Of a stretch of DNA of 64,000 nt, positions 1 to 8,302 are shown piece after piece. The position numbers were made by a program, and so were the translations under genes. Position 1 is the first letter of the stretch. Each line of letters starts with the position of its first letter. The notes beneath the pieces are model-generated. The model had not been told where the DNA came from. It saw only the letters and a program-made list of their open reading frames with translations, and searched no databases. Location: the NCBI GenBank assembly GCA_964501785.1, contig CAZCUD010000006.1:158084-222083 (forward strand). The letters are read 5' to 3'. Origin of the DNA: an uncultured Bifidobacteriaceae bacterium. GTDB taxonomy: Bacteria; Actinomycetota; Acidimicrobiia; IMCC26256; PALSA-555.

Positions 1-257
1 GCGACACCGCGTCGCTCTACGGCCTCGGTGACCGCGGCGTGCTGGCGCCCGGCTACCGCGCGGACGTCAACGTGATCGACCTCGACGGCATGGTGCTGCA
101 CCGACCCGAGATGGTGTACGACCTGCCGGGAGGCGCGCGGCGGCTGCTCCAGCACGCCGACGGATACGACGCGACGATCGTCGCGGGCGAGGTGATCATG
201 CGCAACGGTGCCGACACCGGTGCGCGTCCCGGACGACTGATCAGAGGAGCACGATGA
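1..257 (+). CDS. Metal-dependent amidohydrolase / N-acyl-D-amino-acid deacylase family protein, C-terminal fragment (gene begins upstream of window)
   Basis: The frame is open from the window edge to TGA 255-257; ORF-track 39..257 is its tail. The tail ...APGYRADVNVIDLD...GARPGRLIRG resembles C-termini of D-aminoacylase-type amidohydrolases. The stop overlaps the next start (ATGA). Confidence 0.7.
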   Translation, partial: DTASLYGLGDRGVLAPGYRADVNVIDLDGMVLHRPEMVYDLPGGARRLLQHADGYDATIVAGEVIMRNGADTGARPGRLIRGAR

Positions 258-562
258 GCGAGCAGGTGTCGATCGTCGCCAAGCTGACGATCAAGCCCGA
301 CAAGGCCGACGACTTCCCGGGGCAGTGGGAAGACCTGATGGCGCACATCGCGGCGAACGAGCCGGGCTGTCACCACTACACGCTGCACCGGTCGACGATG
401 GACCCCAACGTGTTCTTCGTCACCGAGATCTACGAGAACCAGGCGGCGCTCGACGCGCACATGGGCTCCGACGCGTTCGCGGCGTTCGGCGCCACCATGG
501 GCGAGTGGGTCGACGACGCCGACCTCCAGCTCGCAGCTCCGGTCAAGGCGGCGAAGGGCTAG
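254..562 (+). CDS. Antibiotic-biosynthesis-monooxygenase (ABM) domain protein
   Basis: ORF track 254..562, about 100 aa. The pattern VSIVAKLTIKP...FFVTEIYENQAALDAHMGSDAF is typical of ABM dimeric alpha+beta barrel proteins. Confidence 0.8.
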   Translation: MSEQVSIVAKLTIKPDKADDFPGQWEDLMAHIAANEPGCHHYTLHRSTMDPNVFFVTEIYENQAALDAHMGSDAFAAFGATMGEWVDDADLQLAAPVKAAKG

Positions 563-571
563 CCGTCCGCG

Positions 572-1483
572 TCAACCGGGTGGCTCGATCAGCTCGAGGA
601 CGGTGCCGTCGGGGTCGTCGAAGAGCAGGGCTCGCAGCGGCGGGATGCCGGGGCCCATCTCCAGGTCCGCGGGGGGCGACCAGCAGCGCACACCCGCGTC
701 GACGAGCGCGGCGTGGTCGCGGTCGATGTCGTCGGTCGTGAACGCGAGTCGGAAGGGCCCGAGCCGGTTCGCCTGTCGTGACGGTGCACCCGTCGCGACA
801 GGCGTCTTCCACTGCACGAGATCGATCGCGAACGCGCCGGAGCGGCGCGGGTCGTCGAGGTACGCCATCTCGAACTCCATCTCGCCGTCGATTCCGAGGG
901 CGGCTCCTGGCTGGCGGCCCGGGCTCATCCGGAAGTGGGGCGAGAAGCCGAGCACCGACTCGTAGAACTCGATCGAGCGATCGAGGTCGCTCACGTTGAC
1001 CGTGAGGAACGAGAAGCGGCGGTCGACGTCGGGAGTGCCGATCAGCTCGACCATCGTCCCGTCGGGGTCGAGGCACGTGAGTGCGCGCAAGGGTGGTGCA
1101 TCCTCGATCGCGACATCGTGCGGTGCGCCCAAGCACCTGACGCCGGCGGCGTCGAGACGTGCGTAGGTCGCATCGACGTCGGCGAGCGTGTACCCGAGTC
1201 GGCCGAACCCCAGGGTGTTGGCGGCTGCGGGCGGAGCGCCGATCGGCCGCGGCGTCTGCCACTCCAGCAGGTCGAGCACGACCCCCTCGTAGCCGCGCTC
1301 GTCGAGCAGGATCCACGCGTCCCACGCCACTCGCTCCAACCCGAACGCCGCACCGTCCTGCTCGGGCGACACCGTGTGCGCGGCCTGCGTGAGCCCCAGC
1401 AGGTCGCGGTAGAAGCGCAACGACACGTCCAGGTCGGCGCAGTTGACGTTGAGGTGGAACACGCGGGACGCACCGATCGCCAT
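572..1483 (-). CDS. VOC/glyoxalase-family protein with two tandem VOC modules
   Basis: ORF 572..1561 trimmed to ATG 1483 (MAIGASRVFHLNVNCADLD...). Two repeats of the glyoxalase beta-alpha-beta module are present (FHLNVNCADLDVSLRFY and FLTVNVSDLDRSIEFY). Confidence 0.8.
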   Translation of the reverse strand: MAIGASRVFHLNVNCADLDVSLRFYRDLLGLTQAAHTVSPEQDGAAFGLERVAWDAWILLDERGYEGVVLDLLEWQTPRPIGAPPAAANTLGFGRLGYTLADVDATYARLDAAGVRCLGAPHDVAIEDAPPLRALTCLDPDGTMVELIGTPDVDRRFSFLTVNVSDLDRSIEFYESVLGFSPHFRMSPGRQPGAALGIDGEMEFEMAYLDDPRRSGAFAIDLVQWKTPVATGAPSRQANRLGPFRLAFTTDDIDRDHAALVDAGVRCWSPPADLEMGPGIPPLRALLFDDPDGTVLELIEPPG

Positions 1484-1982
1484 GAGCGCGCACGGTAACG
1501 TCCCGCCCGTGTCGACAGCCACCTCGGGTGCCCGAGACGTCCGCAGCGCCATCGAGCACATCGTCTACGGCTACGCCGATCTCGTCGATCACGGCGACTT
1601 CCCGGCCGTCGCCGAGCTCTTCGCGCGCGCCACCTACAAAGGTGGCGGTCCCGACGATCCCGGCGTCGTCGGATCGGAGCCGGTGCTGAAGATCTTCGAG
1701 TCGATGGTGCGGCGATACGACGACGGGACCCCGCGCACCAAGCACGTCACCACGAACCTCGTGATCGACGCCGACGAGGACAGAGGCACCGCGACTGCGC
1801 GCTCCTACTACACGGTGTTCCAGCAGCTCGAGGGGTTCGCGCTCCAGCCGATCATCGCCGGGCGGTACCACGACTCGTTCGCTCTCGACGACGCGGGCGA
1901 GTGGTACCTGGCCGAGCGAGTGATCTTCTGCGACCTGATCGGCGACCTGTCGCAGCACCTCAACGTGGACCCGTTCGCATGA
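1482..1982 (+). CDS. SnoaL-like / NTF2-fold protein
   Basis: ORF 1443..1982. IEHIVYGYADLVDHGDFPAVAELFA is SnoaL_4-like. The start is ATG 1482 or alternatively GTG 1509. It is uncertain because ATG 1482 overlaps the divergent ATG ending at 1483. Confidence 0.7.
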   Translation: MSAHGNVPPVSTATSGARDVRSAIEHIVYGYADLVDHGDFPAVAELFARATYKGGGPDDPGVVGSEPVLKIFESMVRRYDDGTPRTKHVTTNLVIDADEDRGTATARSYYTVFQQLEGFALQPIIAGRYHDSFALDDAGEWYLAERVIFCDLIGDLSQHLNVDPFA

Positions 1983-2800
1983 GCGACGACGAGGCGCGAC
2001 CGGTCGCGTCGGTCGACGACGCCGACCGGGTCCGGCTGGTCACGTTCCGTCGCCCCGAGGCGCGCAACGCGATGGACACCGCGCTGTACACCGCGGTGGC
2101 CGAGGCGCTCGACGACGCAGCGACCCGCGACGACGTCGCCGTCGTCGTGCTCACTGGCGAGGGGACCGCCTACTGCGCGGGTCAAGACCTCGCCGAGATG
2201 GGGCGCCTCGGCAACGTTGCCGACCGCGACCCGTCGACGCAGGTGGAGGCCGAGGAGCACGGCTTCCGTCGCTTCATCAAGGCGATCGAGACCTTCCCCA
2301 TGCCGATCGTCGCTGCGGTGAACGGTGTCGCCGTCGGAGTCGGCACCACGATGCTGCCGTACTGCGACCTCGTGCTCGTGTCCGAGACGGCACGCTTCCG
2401 GCTGCCGTTCGCGAGCCTCGGGGTCGTCCCGGAGGCCGGCAGCACCTACACGCTGCCGGTCGTGATGGGCTGGCGCGCGGCCGCGCACGCGTTCTTCACG
2501 GCCGACTGGTTCGACGCCGAGGAAGCGCTCGCGTGCGGTCTGGCCTCGCGGATCTGCCCGCCCGACCGGTTGCTCGACGAGGCGATGGATGTCGCGCGAC
2601 GCATCGCCGCGATGCCCGTCGTGTCGCTGGTCGAGACCAAGCGGCTCCTGCTCGTGACTCGCATCGACGACGCCCGTGCCGCCCGGGCCCGCGAAGAGGA
2701 CGTCTTCGCTCGTCTGACCGGTGCACCGGCGAACCGCGAGGCGATCGCGGCGTTCCTCGAGAAGCGGGAGCCCGACTTCACGAACCTGCCCGCGGAGTAG
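1979..2800 (+). CDS. Enoyl-CoA hydratase/isomerase (crotonase) family protein
   Basis: ORF 1901..2800 trimmed to ATG 1979 (ATGA overlap with the upstream stop). Crotonase motifs are RPEARNAMD, VVLTGEGTAYCAGQDL and NGVAVGVGTTMLPYCDL. Confidence 0.9.
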   Translation: MSDDEARPVASVDDADRVRLVTFRRPEARNAMDTALYTAVAEALDDAATRDDVAVVVLTGEGTAYCAGQDLAEMGRLGNVADRDPSTQVEAEEHGFRRFIKAIETFPMPIVAAVNGVAVGVGTTMLPYCDLVLVSETARFRLPFASLGVVPEAGSTYTLPVVMGWRAAAHAFFTADWFDAEEALACGLASRICPPDRLLDEAMDVARRIAAMPVVSLVETKRLLLVTRIDDARAARAREEDVFARLTGAPANREAIAAFLEKREPDFTNLPAE

Positions 2801-2842
2801 GGTGCGCAACGGTCCTGCGACGCGATGGAGGAGGAGCATCCG

Positions 2843-3043
2843 ATGGCCTGGAAGGTCGTGGTCGACTTCGACGTGTGCGAGAGCAACGCGATCTGCATGG
2901 GCATCGCGCCCGAGGTCTTCGAGGTTCGTGACGACGACTTCCTCTACGTCCTCGACGAGACGCCGTCCGACGACCTGCGCCCCAAGGTGGAGCAGGCCGT
3001 GCGGCAGTGCCCCAAGCAGGCGATCTCGATCGTCGAGGAGTAG
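2843..3043 (+). CDS. Small single-cluster ferredoxin (P450 redox-partner type)
   Basis: ORF 2825..3043. The preferred start is ATG 2843, 6 nt after GGAGGAGGAG. The cysteine pattern is MAWKVVVDFDVCESNAICMG...VRQCP. Confidence 0.85.
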   Translation: MAWKVVVDFDVCESNAICMGIAPEVFEVRDDDFLYVLDETPSDDLRPKVEQAVRQCPKQAISIVEE

Positions 3044-3065
3044 CGCGGCCCTACGGTCGGTCGTC

Positions 3066-3755
3066 GTGAGCGACGAACAGGGGGTCGTCGACGGGCACGG
3101 GCCCGATGCGGCCCACCCACCCGGTCCCGAGCTGCGCCGGCTCGCCGACGCGATGCGGCGCGTCACCGACCAGATGGTCCGCACCCACGCGTCCCCCGAG
3201 CTGCTCGCGCAGGCCGCCGCCGCGGTGGAGGAGGCCGGTGAGCTCCTCGAGCCGGTGACCCCCGCGTGGGAGACGTCCGTCCCGGCGATGCCCGAGACCG
3301 ATCTCGACCCGCACGTCTACTTCCCGTTCTCACCGATGATCGGCTGGTACAGCCCGCTGTCGTCGCCGCTCGAGTGCCGGATCCACGACCAGACCGTCGT
3401 CGCCACCGCAACGCTCGGTGCCGCGTACGAAGGCCCGCCGGGGTGCGTCCACGGCGGCATCATCGCCGGCCTCTTCGACGAGATCCTCGGCATCGCCAAC
3501 ATCACCGCCGGCGTCGGTGCGATGACCGGCACCCTGACGATCGTCTACCGCAGCCCGACGCCGCTGTACACCGAGCTCACCTTCCGCGGGAAGACGGACC
3601 GCATCGAAGGGCGCAAGGTCTTCACGCGGGGCACCCTGCACGCGGGCGATCGCCTCTGCGTGGAGGCCGAGGGCATCTTCATCCACGTCGTGCGTGAGCG
3701 CTTCGAGACCCACACGGGCGCCCATGGCGCTCACGACAGCGGGGGCGTGCAGTGA
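3066..3755 (+). CDS. PaaI-family hotdog thioesterase with long N-terminal helical extension
   Basis: Tail of ORF 2721..3755, starting at GTG 3066. The hotdog core is GPPGCVHGGIIAGLFDEILG...GTLTIVYRSPTP...GRKVFTRG. Paralogs lie at 38773..39438 and 53825..54484. Confidence 0.8.
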   Translation: MSDEQGVVDGHGPDAAHPPGPELRRLADAMRRVTDQMVRTHASPELLAQAAAAVEEAGELLEPVTPAWETSVPAMPETDLDPHVYFPFSPMIGWYSPLSSPLECRIHDQTVVATATLGAAYEGPPGCVHGGIIAGLFDEILGIANITAGVGAMTGTLTIVYRSPTPLYTELTFRGKTDRIEGRKVFTRGTLHAGDRLCVEAEGIFIHVVRERFETHTGAHGAHDSGGVQ

Positions 3756-4495
3756 CCGATCGACGGGTGTCGCTCGCGGGTCCGGTCAACTTCCGCGACC
3801 TCGGTGGGTACCCGACCGCCGACGGACGCACGGTGCAGTGGCGGCGCCTCTACCGCAGCGACTCGCTGCACCACCTCGAGCCCTCCGACGGGCCGCTGCT
3901 GCGTGAGCTCGGTCTGCTCACCGCCATCGACTTCCGTGCCGGGGACGAGCTCGAGCGCATCGGCATCGGTCGACTCGGCGAGCTCGACATCGAGCACGTG
4001 CACCTCCCGACGGTCGACAAGGCGCTGCACACGGTGCGACCCGCCGACTGGGACCCGCCCGAGTCGGCCGCCGAGGTCTACGTGCTGATGCTGCGCACCG
4101 GTGCGGCCGCGTACGCCGCTGCGCTCCGAGCGCTGGTCGAGCCGGGCACGATGCCCGCGGTCTACTTCTGCATGGCGGGCAAGGACCGCACCGGCGTCTT
4201 CTCGGCGCTGGTGCTCGGCCTGCTCGGCGTGCCCGACGAGGAGATCGTCGCCGACTACTGCCTCACCCACGAGGTCGTCGAGGTGATCCTCGAGCGCGGG
4301 CGCCAGTACTGGGAGGGCACCGACCACCAGTGGCCCGACCTCCCCGAGGACCTGCGCGGCGCGGTGCCCGCCACCATGCTCGGGATGCTCGAGGGCATGC
4401 GCGACGAGTACGGCGACTGGCCCGGATACGCCGAGGCGATCGGGATCGAGCCCGACGTCGTCTCCGCGCTCCAGGCCCAGCTGCTCGACGACTGA
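3752..4495 (+). CDS. Tyrosine/dual-specificity protein phosphatase family protein
   Basis: ORF track, with a GTGA overlap with the upstream stop. It has the NFRDLGG motif and the catalytic loop CMAGKDRTG (C-x5-R-T). Confidence 0.85.
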   Translation: MTDRRVSLAGPVNFRDLGGYPTADGRTVQWRRLYRSDSLHHLEPSDGPLLRELGLLTAIDFRAGDELERIGIGRLGELDIEHVHLPTVDKALHTVRPADWDPPESAAEVYVLMLRTGAAAYAAALRALVEPGTMPAVYFCMAGKDRTGVFSALVLGLLGVPDEEIVADYCLTHEVVEVILERGRQYWEGTDHQWPDLPEDLRGAVPATMLGMLEGMRDEYGDWPGYAEAIGIEPDVVSALQAQLLDD

Positions 4496-4508
4496 GGTCC
4501 AGACCAGC

Positions 4509-4934
4509 TCATTCGACGGGTTCGAGGACGATGACCGGGATCTCGCGGTCGGTCTTGGCCTCGTACTCCGCGAACGGCGGGAACAGGTCCTTCTGGCGCT
4601 CCCAGATCGTGGTGCGCTCGTCGCCCTCCACGACGCGCGCCCGTGCCCGCTTGGTCTCGGTGCCGACCTCGATCGTCACGTCGGGGTTCGCGCGCACGTT
4701 GTGGAACCAGTCGGGGTTGGTGTCGGCACCTGCCTTCGACGCGAAGATCGCGTACGCGCCGTCGAGCTGCTGGTAGGCGAGGGGGTTGACCCGCTCCGCG
4801 CCCGACTTCGCGCCGGTCGAGTGGAGCAGCAGCATGGGTGCGCCCGCGAACGGTCCGCCGACCTTGCCGCCGTTGGCGCGGAACTCGTCGATGATCTGCG
4901 CGTTGAAGTCGTTCATGGCGCCGAGGTCGCTCAT
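4509..4934 (-). CDS. Deazaflavin (F420)-dependent nitroreductase family protein (Ddn-like)
   Basis: ORF 4509..5153 trimmed to ATG 4934. FRANGGKVGGPFAGAPMLLLHSTGAKSGAERVNPL...DWFHNVRANP matches the Ddn/PNPOx-like family. Confidence 0.85.
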   Translation of the reverse strand: MSDLGAMNDFNAQIIDEFRANGGKVGGPFAGAPMLLLHSTGAKSGAERVNPLAYQQLDGAYAIFASKAGADTNPDWFHNVRANPDVTIEVGTETKRARARVVEGDERTTIWERQKDLFPPFAEYEAKTDREIPVIVLEPVE

Positions 4935-5033
4935 GGTCTGCGTCTCCCGTTCGTGGTGATCGGTGGTCGCGGCGGTCGAGGGATGCAACCCTCGCGCGGG
5001 AGCAGCCCTTCCCGGACCCCTGGCGCCCGGGTG

Positions 5034-5060
5034 GGCTGCCACCTCCCGGACGTGGCAGCC
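5034..5060. promoter_or_regulatory. Inverted repeat GGCTGCCAC-N9-GTGGCAGCC between Ddn-like gene and P450
   Basis: Perfect 9-bp arms (5034-5042 and 5052-5060). TCCCGGAC occurs twice (5010-5017 and 5044-5051). The repeat lies in the 194-bp divergent region. Confidence 0.35.
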
Positions 5061-5128
5061 TGCCTGCCGGACCGAGCGGCCGCGGACGACGCGGCCATCC
5101 CGATCGCATCGACAGGAGCAGGCCGCCG

Positions 5129-6322
5129 ATGAGCGCAGCGCCGGAGATCGCACTCACGAGCGGTGAGTTCTGGGGCACCGATCCCCAGGACGCGCTGGCG
5201 TGGCTGCGCGACCACGACCCCGTCCACTGGGACGACGCGGGTCAGGTCTGGGGCATCTCCCGCTACGACGATGTGAAGGCCGTCGCCACCAACCCGCAGA
5301 CGTTCAGCAACGCGGGTGGCATCCGTCCCGACACCGGCCCGATCGCGATGATGATCGACATGGACGACCCGGAGCACCTCCGGCGTCGCAAGCTGGTCAA
5401 CAAGGGGTTCACGCCCCAGCGCGTGCGCGACCTGGAGCCTCGCATCGTCGAGGTCGTCGACGGGCTCATCGACCAGGTCGCCGAGCGCGGCGAGTGCGAC
5501 TTCGTCGCCGACATCGCCGCCTGGCTGCCGCTCGTGATGATCGGTGACGCGCTCGGAGTCGAGCCGGAAGACCACCCGACGCTGCTGCAGTGGTCCGACG
5601 ATCTGATGCGGGGCCAGGGGCAGACCGACGACGCGCTCGTGACCGCGATGGCGAACGCCTTCGAGGGCTACGTCGGGTACATCGTCGGCGTCATCGAGGA
5701 CCGCCGCGGCTGTCCGCGTGACGACCTCATGAGCGTGCTCGTGCACGCGGAGATCGACGGCGACAAGCTCGACGACGACGCGCTGATCCACGAGTCGCTC
5801 CTCATCCTGATCGGTGGTGACGAGACGACCCGGCACGTCATCTCGGGTGGCATGTACCAGCTCCTGGCGGATCGGTCGCGCTACGAGCGTCTCCTCGCCG
5901 ACCGCAGTCTGATCGGGTCGGCCGTCGAGGAGTCGCTGCGCTGGGTCTCTCCGATCAAGAACATGGCGCGCACCGCGACGCGTGACGTCGAGCTGCACGG
6001 CAAGACGATCCGCGAAGGCCAGAAGCTGCTCCTGCTGTACCCGTCCGCCAACCGGGATTCGGCGCAGTTCACCGATCCGATGACCTTCGACATCGCTCGG
6101 AGCCCCAACGACCATGTGGCCTTCGGCTTCGGCCCCCACTTCTGCCTCGGGGCCGCGCTCGCCCGGCTCGAGCTCAACGTCGCCTTCGAGCGCGTCCTCG
6201 AGCGGCTGCCCGACATCCGGCTCGCCGACGGCGCCGAGCCCGAGCTGCGCCCGGCCAGCTTCGTCAGCGGCTACGAGTCGATGCCGGTGGAGTTCACGCC
6301 GGTCGCGCGGCGCACGCGATGA
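5129..6322 (+). CDS. Cytochrome P450
   Basis: ORF track. It has the I-helix GGDETT, the ExxR motif (EESLRW) and the heme-thiolate loop FGFGPHFCLG. Confidence 0.95.
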   Translation: MSAAPEIALTSGEFWGTDPQDALAWLRDHDPVHWDDAGQVWGISRYDDVKAVATNPQTFSNAGGIRPDTGPIAMMIDMDDPEHLRRRKLVNKGFTPQRVRDLEPRIVEVVDGLIDQVAERGECDFVADIAAWLPLVMIGDALGVEPEDHPTLLQWSDDLMRGQGQTDDALVTAMANAFEGYVGYIVGVIEDRRGCPRDDLMSVLVHAEIDGDKLDDDALIHESLLILIGGDETTRHVISGGMYQLLADRSRYERLLADRSLIGSAVEESLRWVSPIKNMARTATRDVELHGKTIREGQKLLLLYPSANRDSAQFTDPMTFDIARSPNDHVAFGFGPHFCLGAALARLELNVAFERVLERLPDIRLADGAEPELRPASFVSGYESMPVEFTPVARRTR

Positions 6323-7488
6323 CCACGATCCCACGGCCGACCCGCTTCGGCGCGTTCGTCGCGCCCTACCACGGGCTGGCAGGGAACCCGACCCTCCAGA
6401 TGCGTCGCGACCTCGAACTCGCGGTGCTGCTCGACGACCTCGGGTACGACGAGATCTGGTTCGGCGAGCACCACAGCGGTGGCTACGAGACCTTCGCGTC
6501 GCCCGAGCTGATGATCGCGGCAGCGGCGGAGCGCACGAAGCGCATTCGCCTCGGTACCGGCGTGAACTCGCTCTCGTACCACCAACCGTTCATCCTGGCC
6601 GACCGCATCATGCAGCTCGACCACCTCACCATGGGGCGGGCGATGCTCGGGATCGGGCCCGGCCAGCTGCCGTCGGACGCGTTCATGCTCGGCATCGATC
6701 CGCGTGACCAGCGCGACATGATGATCGAGGCCGCCGAGGTGATCCTCCCGCTGCTGCGCGGTGAGGTCGTCAGCCGGCGCACCGACTGGTTCACGCTCGA
6801 CGAGGCCCGGCTCCAGCTCCGTCCGTTCTCGCCCGACGGCATCGAGGTGGCGGTCGCGTCGACGTCGTCACCGACCGGCGCGACGCTCGCCGGCCGGCTC
6901 GGGCTCTCGATCCTGTCGCTCGCCGCGACCGACCCGACCGGCTTCGACGCACTCGACGCCAACTGGGAGCACTTCGAGCGCAACGCCCGCGAGCACGGCA
7001 ACCCGATCGACCGCAGCCGCTGGCGGGTCGTGGCGACGATGCACCTCGCCGAGACGCGCGAGCAGGCGATGCGCGAGATGGAGCACGGCGTCCTGACGCT
7101 CTGCGGGTACTTCGAGGGCATGTCCAACGCCAAGATGCCGTGGGCCGGATCGCCCCAGGAGGCGCTCACGCACTGGACGACCAACGGCTACCCGAACTTC
7201 GGGGTCGCCACCGTCGGGACCCCCGACGACGCACTCGCGACGATCGAGAAGCTGAGCGCGAAGACGGGTGGCTTCGGCACGTTCCTCTTCCTCGCGCACA
7301 ACTGCGCCGACTGGCACGCCACGCGGCGCTCGTACGAGCTGTTCGCCGAGTACGTCATCCCGGCGTGCCGAGAGATGAACGTCGGCCGCGAAGCGAGCAT
7401 CGGCTGGGTCGGCCAGAACACCGGCAAGTTCTTCGGCGCCATGCTCGAAGCCACCCAACAGGCGATCGAGAAGTACTCCCGCCCCTGA
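6319..7488 (+). CDS. LLM-class (luciferase-like) flavin-dependent monooxygenase
   Basis: ORF track, with an ATGA overlap with the P450 stop. LLM TIM-barrel pattern: FGEHHSGGYE, RIRLGTGVNSL, MLGIGPG. Confidence 0.9.
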   Translation: MTTIPRPTRFGAFVAPYHGLAGNPTLQMRRDLELAVLLDDLGYDEIWFGEHHSGGYETFASPELMIAAAAERTKRIRLGTGVNSLSYHQPFILADRIMQLDHLTMGRAMLGIGPGQLPSDAFMLGIDPRDQRDMMIEAAEVILPLLRGEVVSRRTDWFTLDEARLQLRPFSPDGIEVAVASTSSPTGATLAGRLGLSILSLAATDPTGFDALDANWEHFERNAREHGNPIDRSRWRVVATMHLAETREQAMREMEHGVLTLCGYFEGMSNAKMPWAGSPQEALTHWTTNGYPNFGVATVGTPDDALATIEKLSAKTGGFGTFLFLAHNCADWHATRRSYELFAEYVIPACREMNVGREASIGWVGQNTGKFFGAMLEATQQAIEKYSRP

Positions 7489-7505
7489 CCGTCCCCCCGC
7501 GCGGA

Positions 7506-7554
7506 CTTCTCGGCACGTCGACGCGTGGCCGGGCTGTCTCAGCGTGCCGAGAAG
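7506..7554. terminator. Inverted repeat between convergent genes (possible bidirectional terminator)
   Basis: CTTCTCGGCACG (7506-7517) pairs with CGTGCCGAGAAG (7543-7554). The arms are 12 bp and the loop is 25 nt. There is no U-tract. Confidence 0.4.
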
Positions 7555-7557
7555 CCC

Positions 7558-8109
7558 TCAGGTGGGCGCGCCACCGTTGGTGGCGACGCGCTGCTTCACG
7601 CCGAGCTCGAGTGCCCAGCGCTCGGCGCGGTCGCGCTCGCCGCGGACGAGCACGTTCTGCTTGTCCACGAGGAAGCTCTCGGGCGGCGCGACGAGCGTGC
7701 AGCCGGCCATGTGCAACATCTTCCCGATCCGCTTCGACGCTCGTCCCGTGAGCGCTCGGGGGCCGCGGACCCGCGTGTCGAACGCCGCCGCCGCGACCTC
7801 GGTCTGGGGCATCGCCTCCAGCCAGTCGCGGACGCCGGGGCCCTCGGCGCTGTCGTCGAGCGTCAGGCCGCTGTCGGGCTTCTTCGCCGTCTCGATGGCT
7901 GCCATCCGTGTCGTCGAGCGGCTCATCCCGTGCACGTGCGTCGGTCCGCCGACCACGAGCAGGTCGACGGGCGCTGCGGCCAGCGCGGCGTCGGCGTCGG
8001 CGACGGGGACCAGCTCGACCTGCATGGAGGCCTGGAGCCCCGCACGGATGGCATCCGCGATCTCGTGGGTGTTGCGGTACATCGACTCGTAGACCACCAG
8101 GGCTCGCAC
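7558..8109 (-). CDS. Flavodoxin-fold protein
   Basis: ORF 7558..8193 trimmed to GTG 8109, which is preceded by GAGGAGG. RALVVYESMYRNTHEIADAI...LLVVGGPTH is flavodoxin-like. Confidence 0.75.
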   Translation of the reverse strand: MRALVVYESMYRNTHEIADAIRAGLQASMQVELVPVADADAALAAAPVDLLVVGGPTHVHGMSRSTTRMAAIETAKKPDSGLTLDDSAEGPGVRDWLEAMPQTEVAAAAFDTRVRGPRALTGRASKRIGKMLHMAGCTLVAPPESFLVDKQNVLVRGERDRAERWALELGVKQRVATNGGAPT

Positions 8110-8302
8110 CGAGCGCGCCTCCTCTTGCTCCCCGCCGGCTCTTCGGCTCGATGATGCCCCAGACCGGAACGGCTCGACAGGGCCCAACGTCACTTCGCAC
8201 GTGTCGTGCGCGGGACCTTCGTCCCTGGCTGTGGCGGCGACGGCGGGGCACCATGAACCTCCCGGTGCCGCAGGGTCGGACCGTCGGAGAGAGAGGACCC
8301 AG

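Noticed and set aside
2721-3065. N-terminal 115 codons of track ORF 2721..3755.
   Set aside because: The segment overlaps the crotonase 3' end and the whole ferredoxin gene in other frames. It is Arg/Ser-rich with no motif. The thioesterase is better started at GTG 3066.
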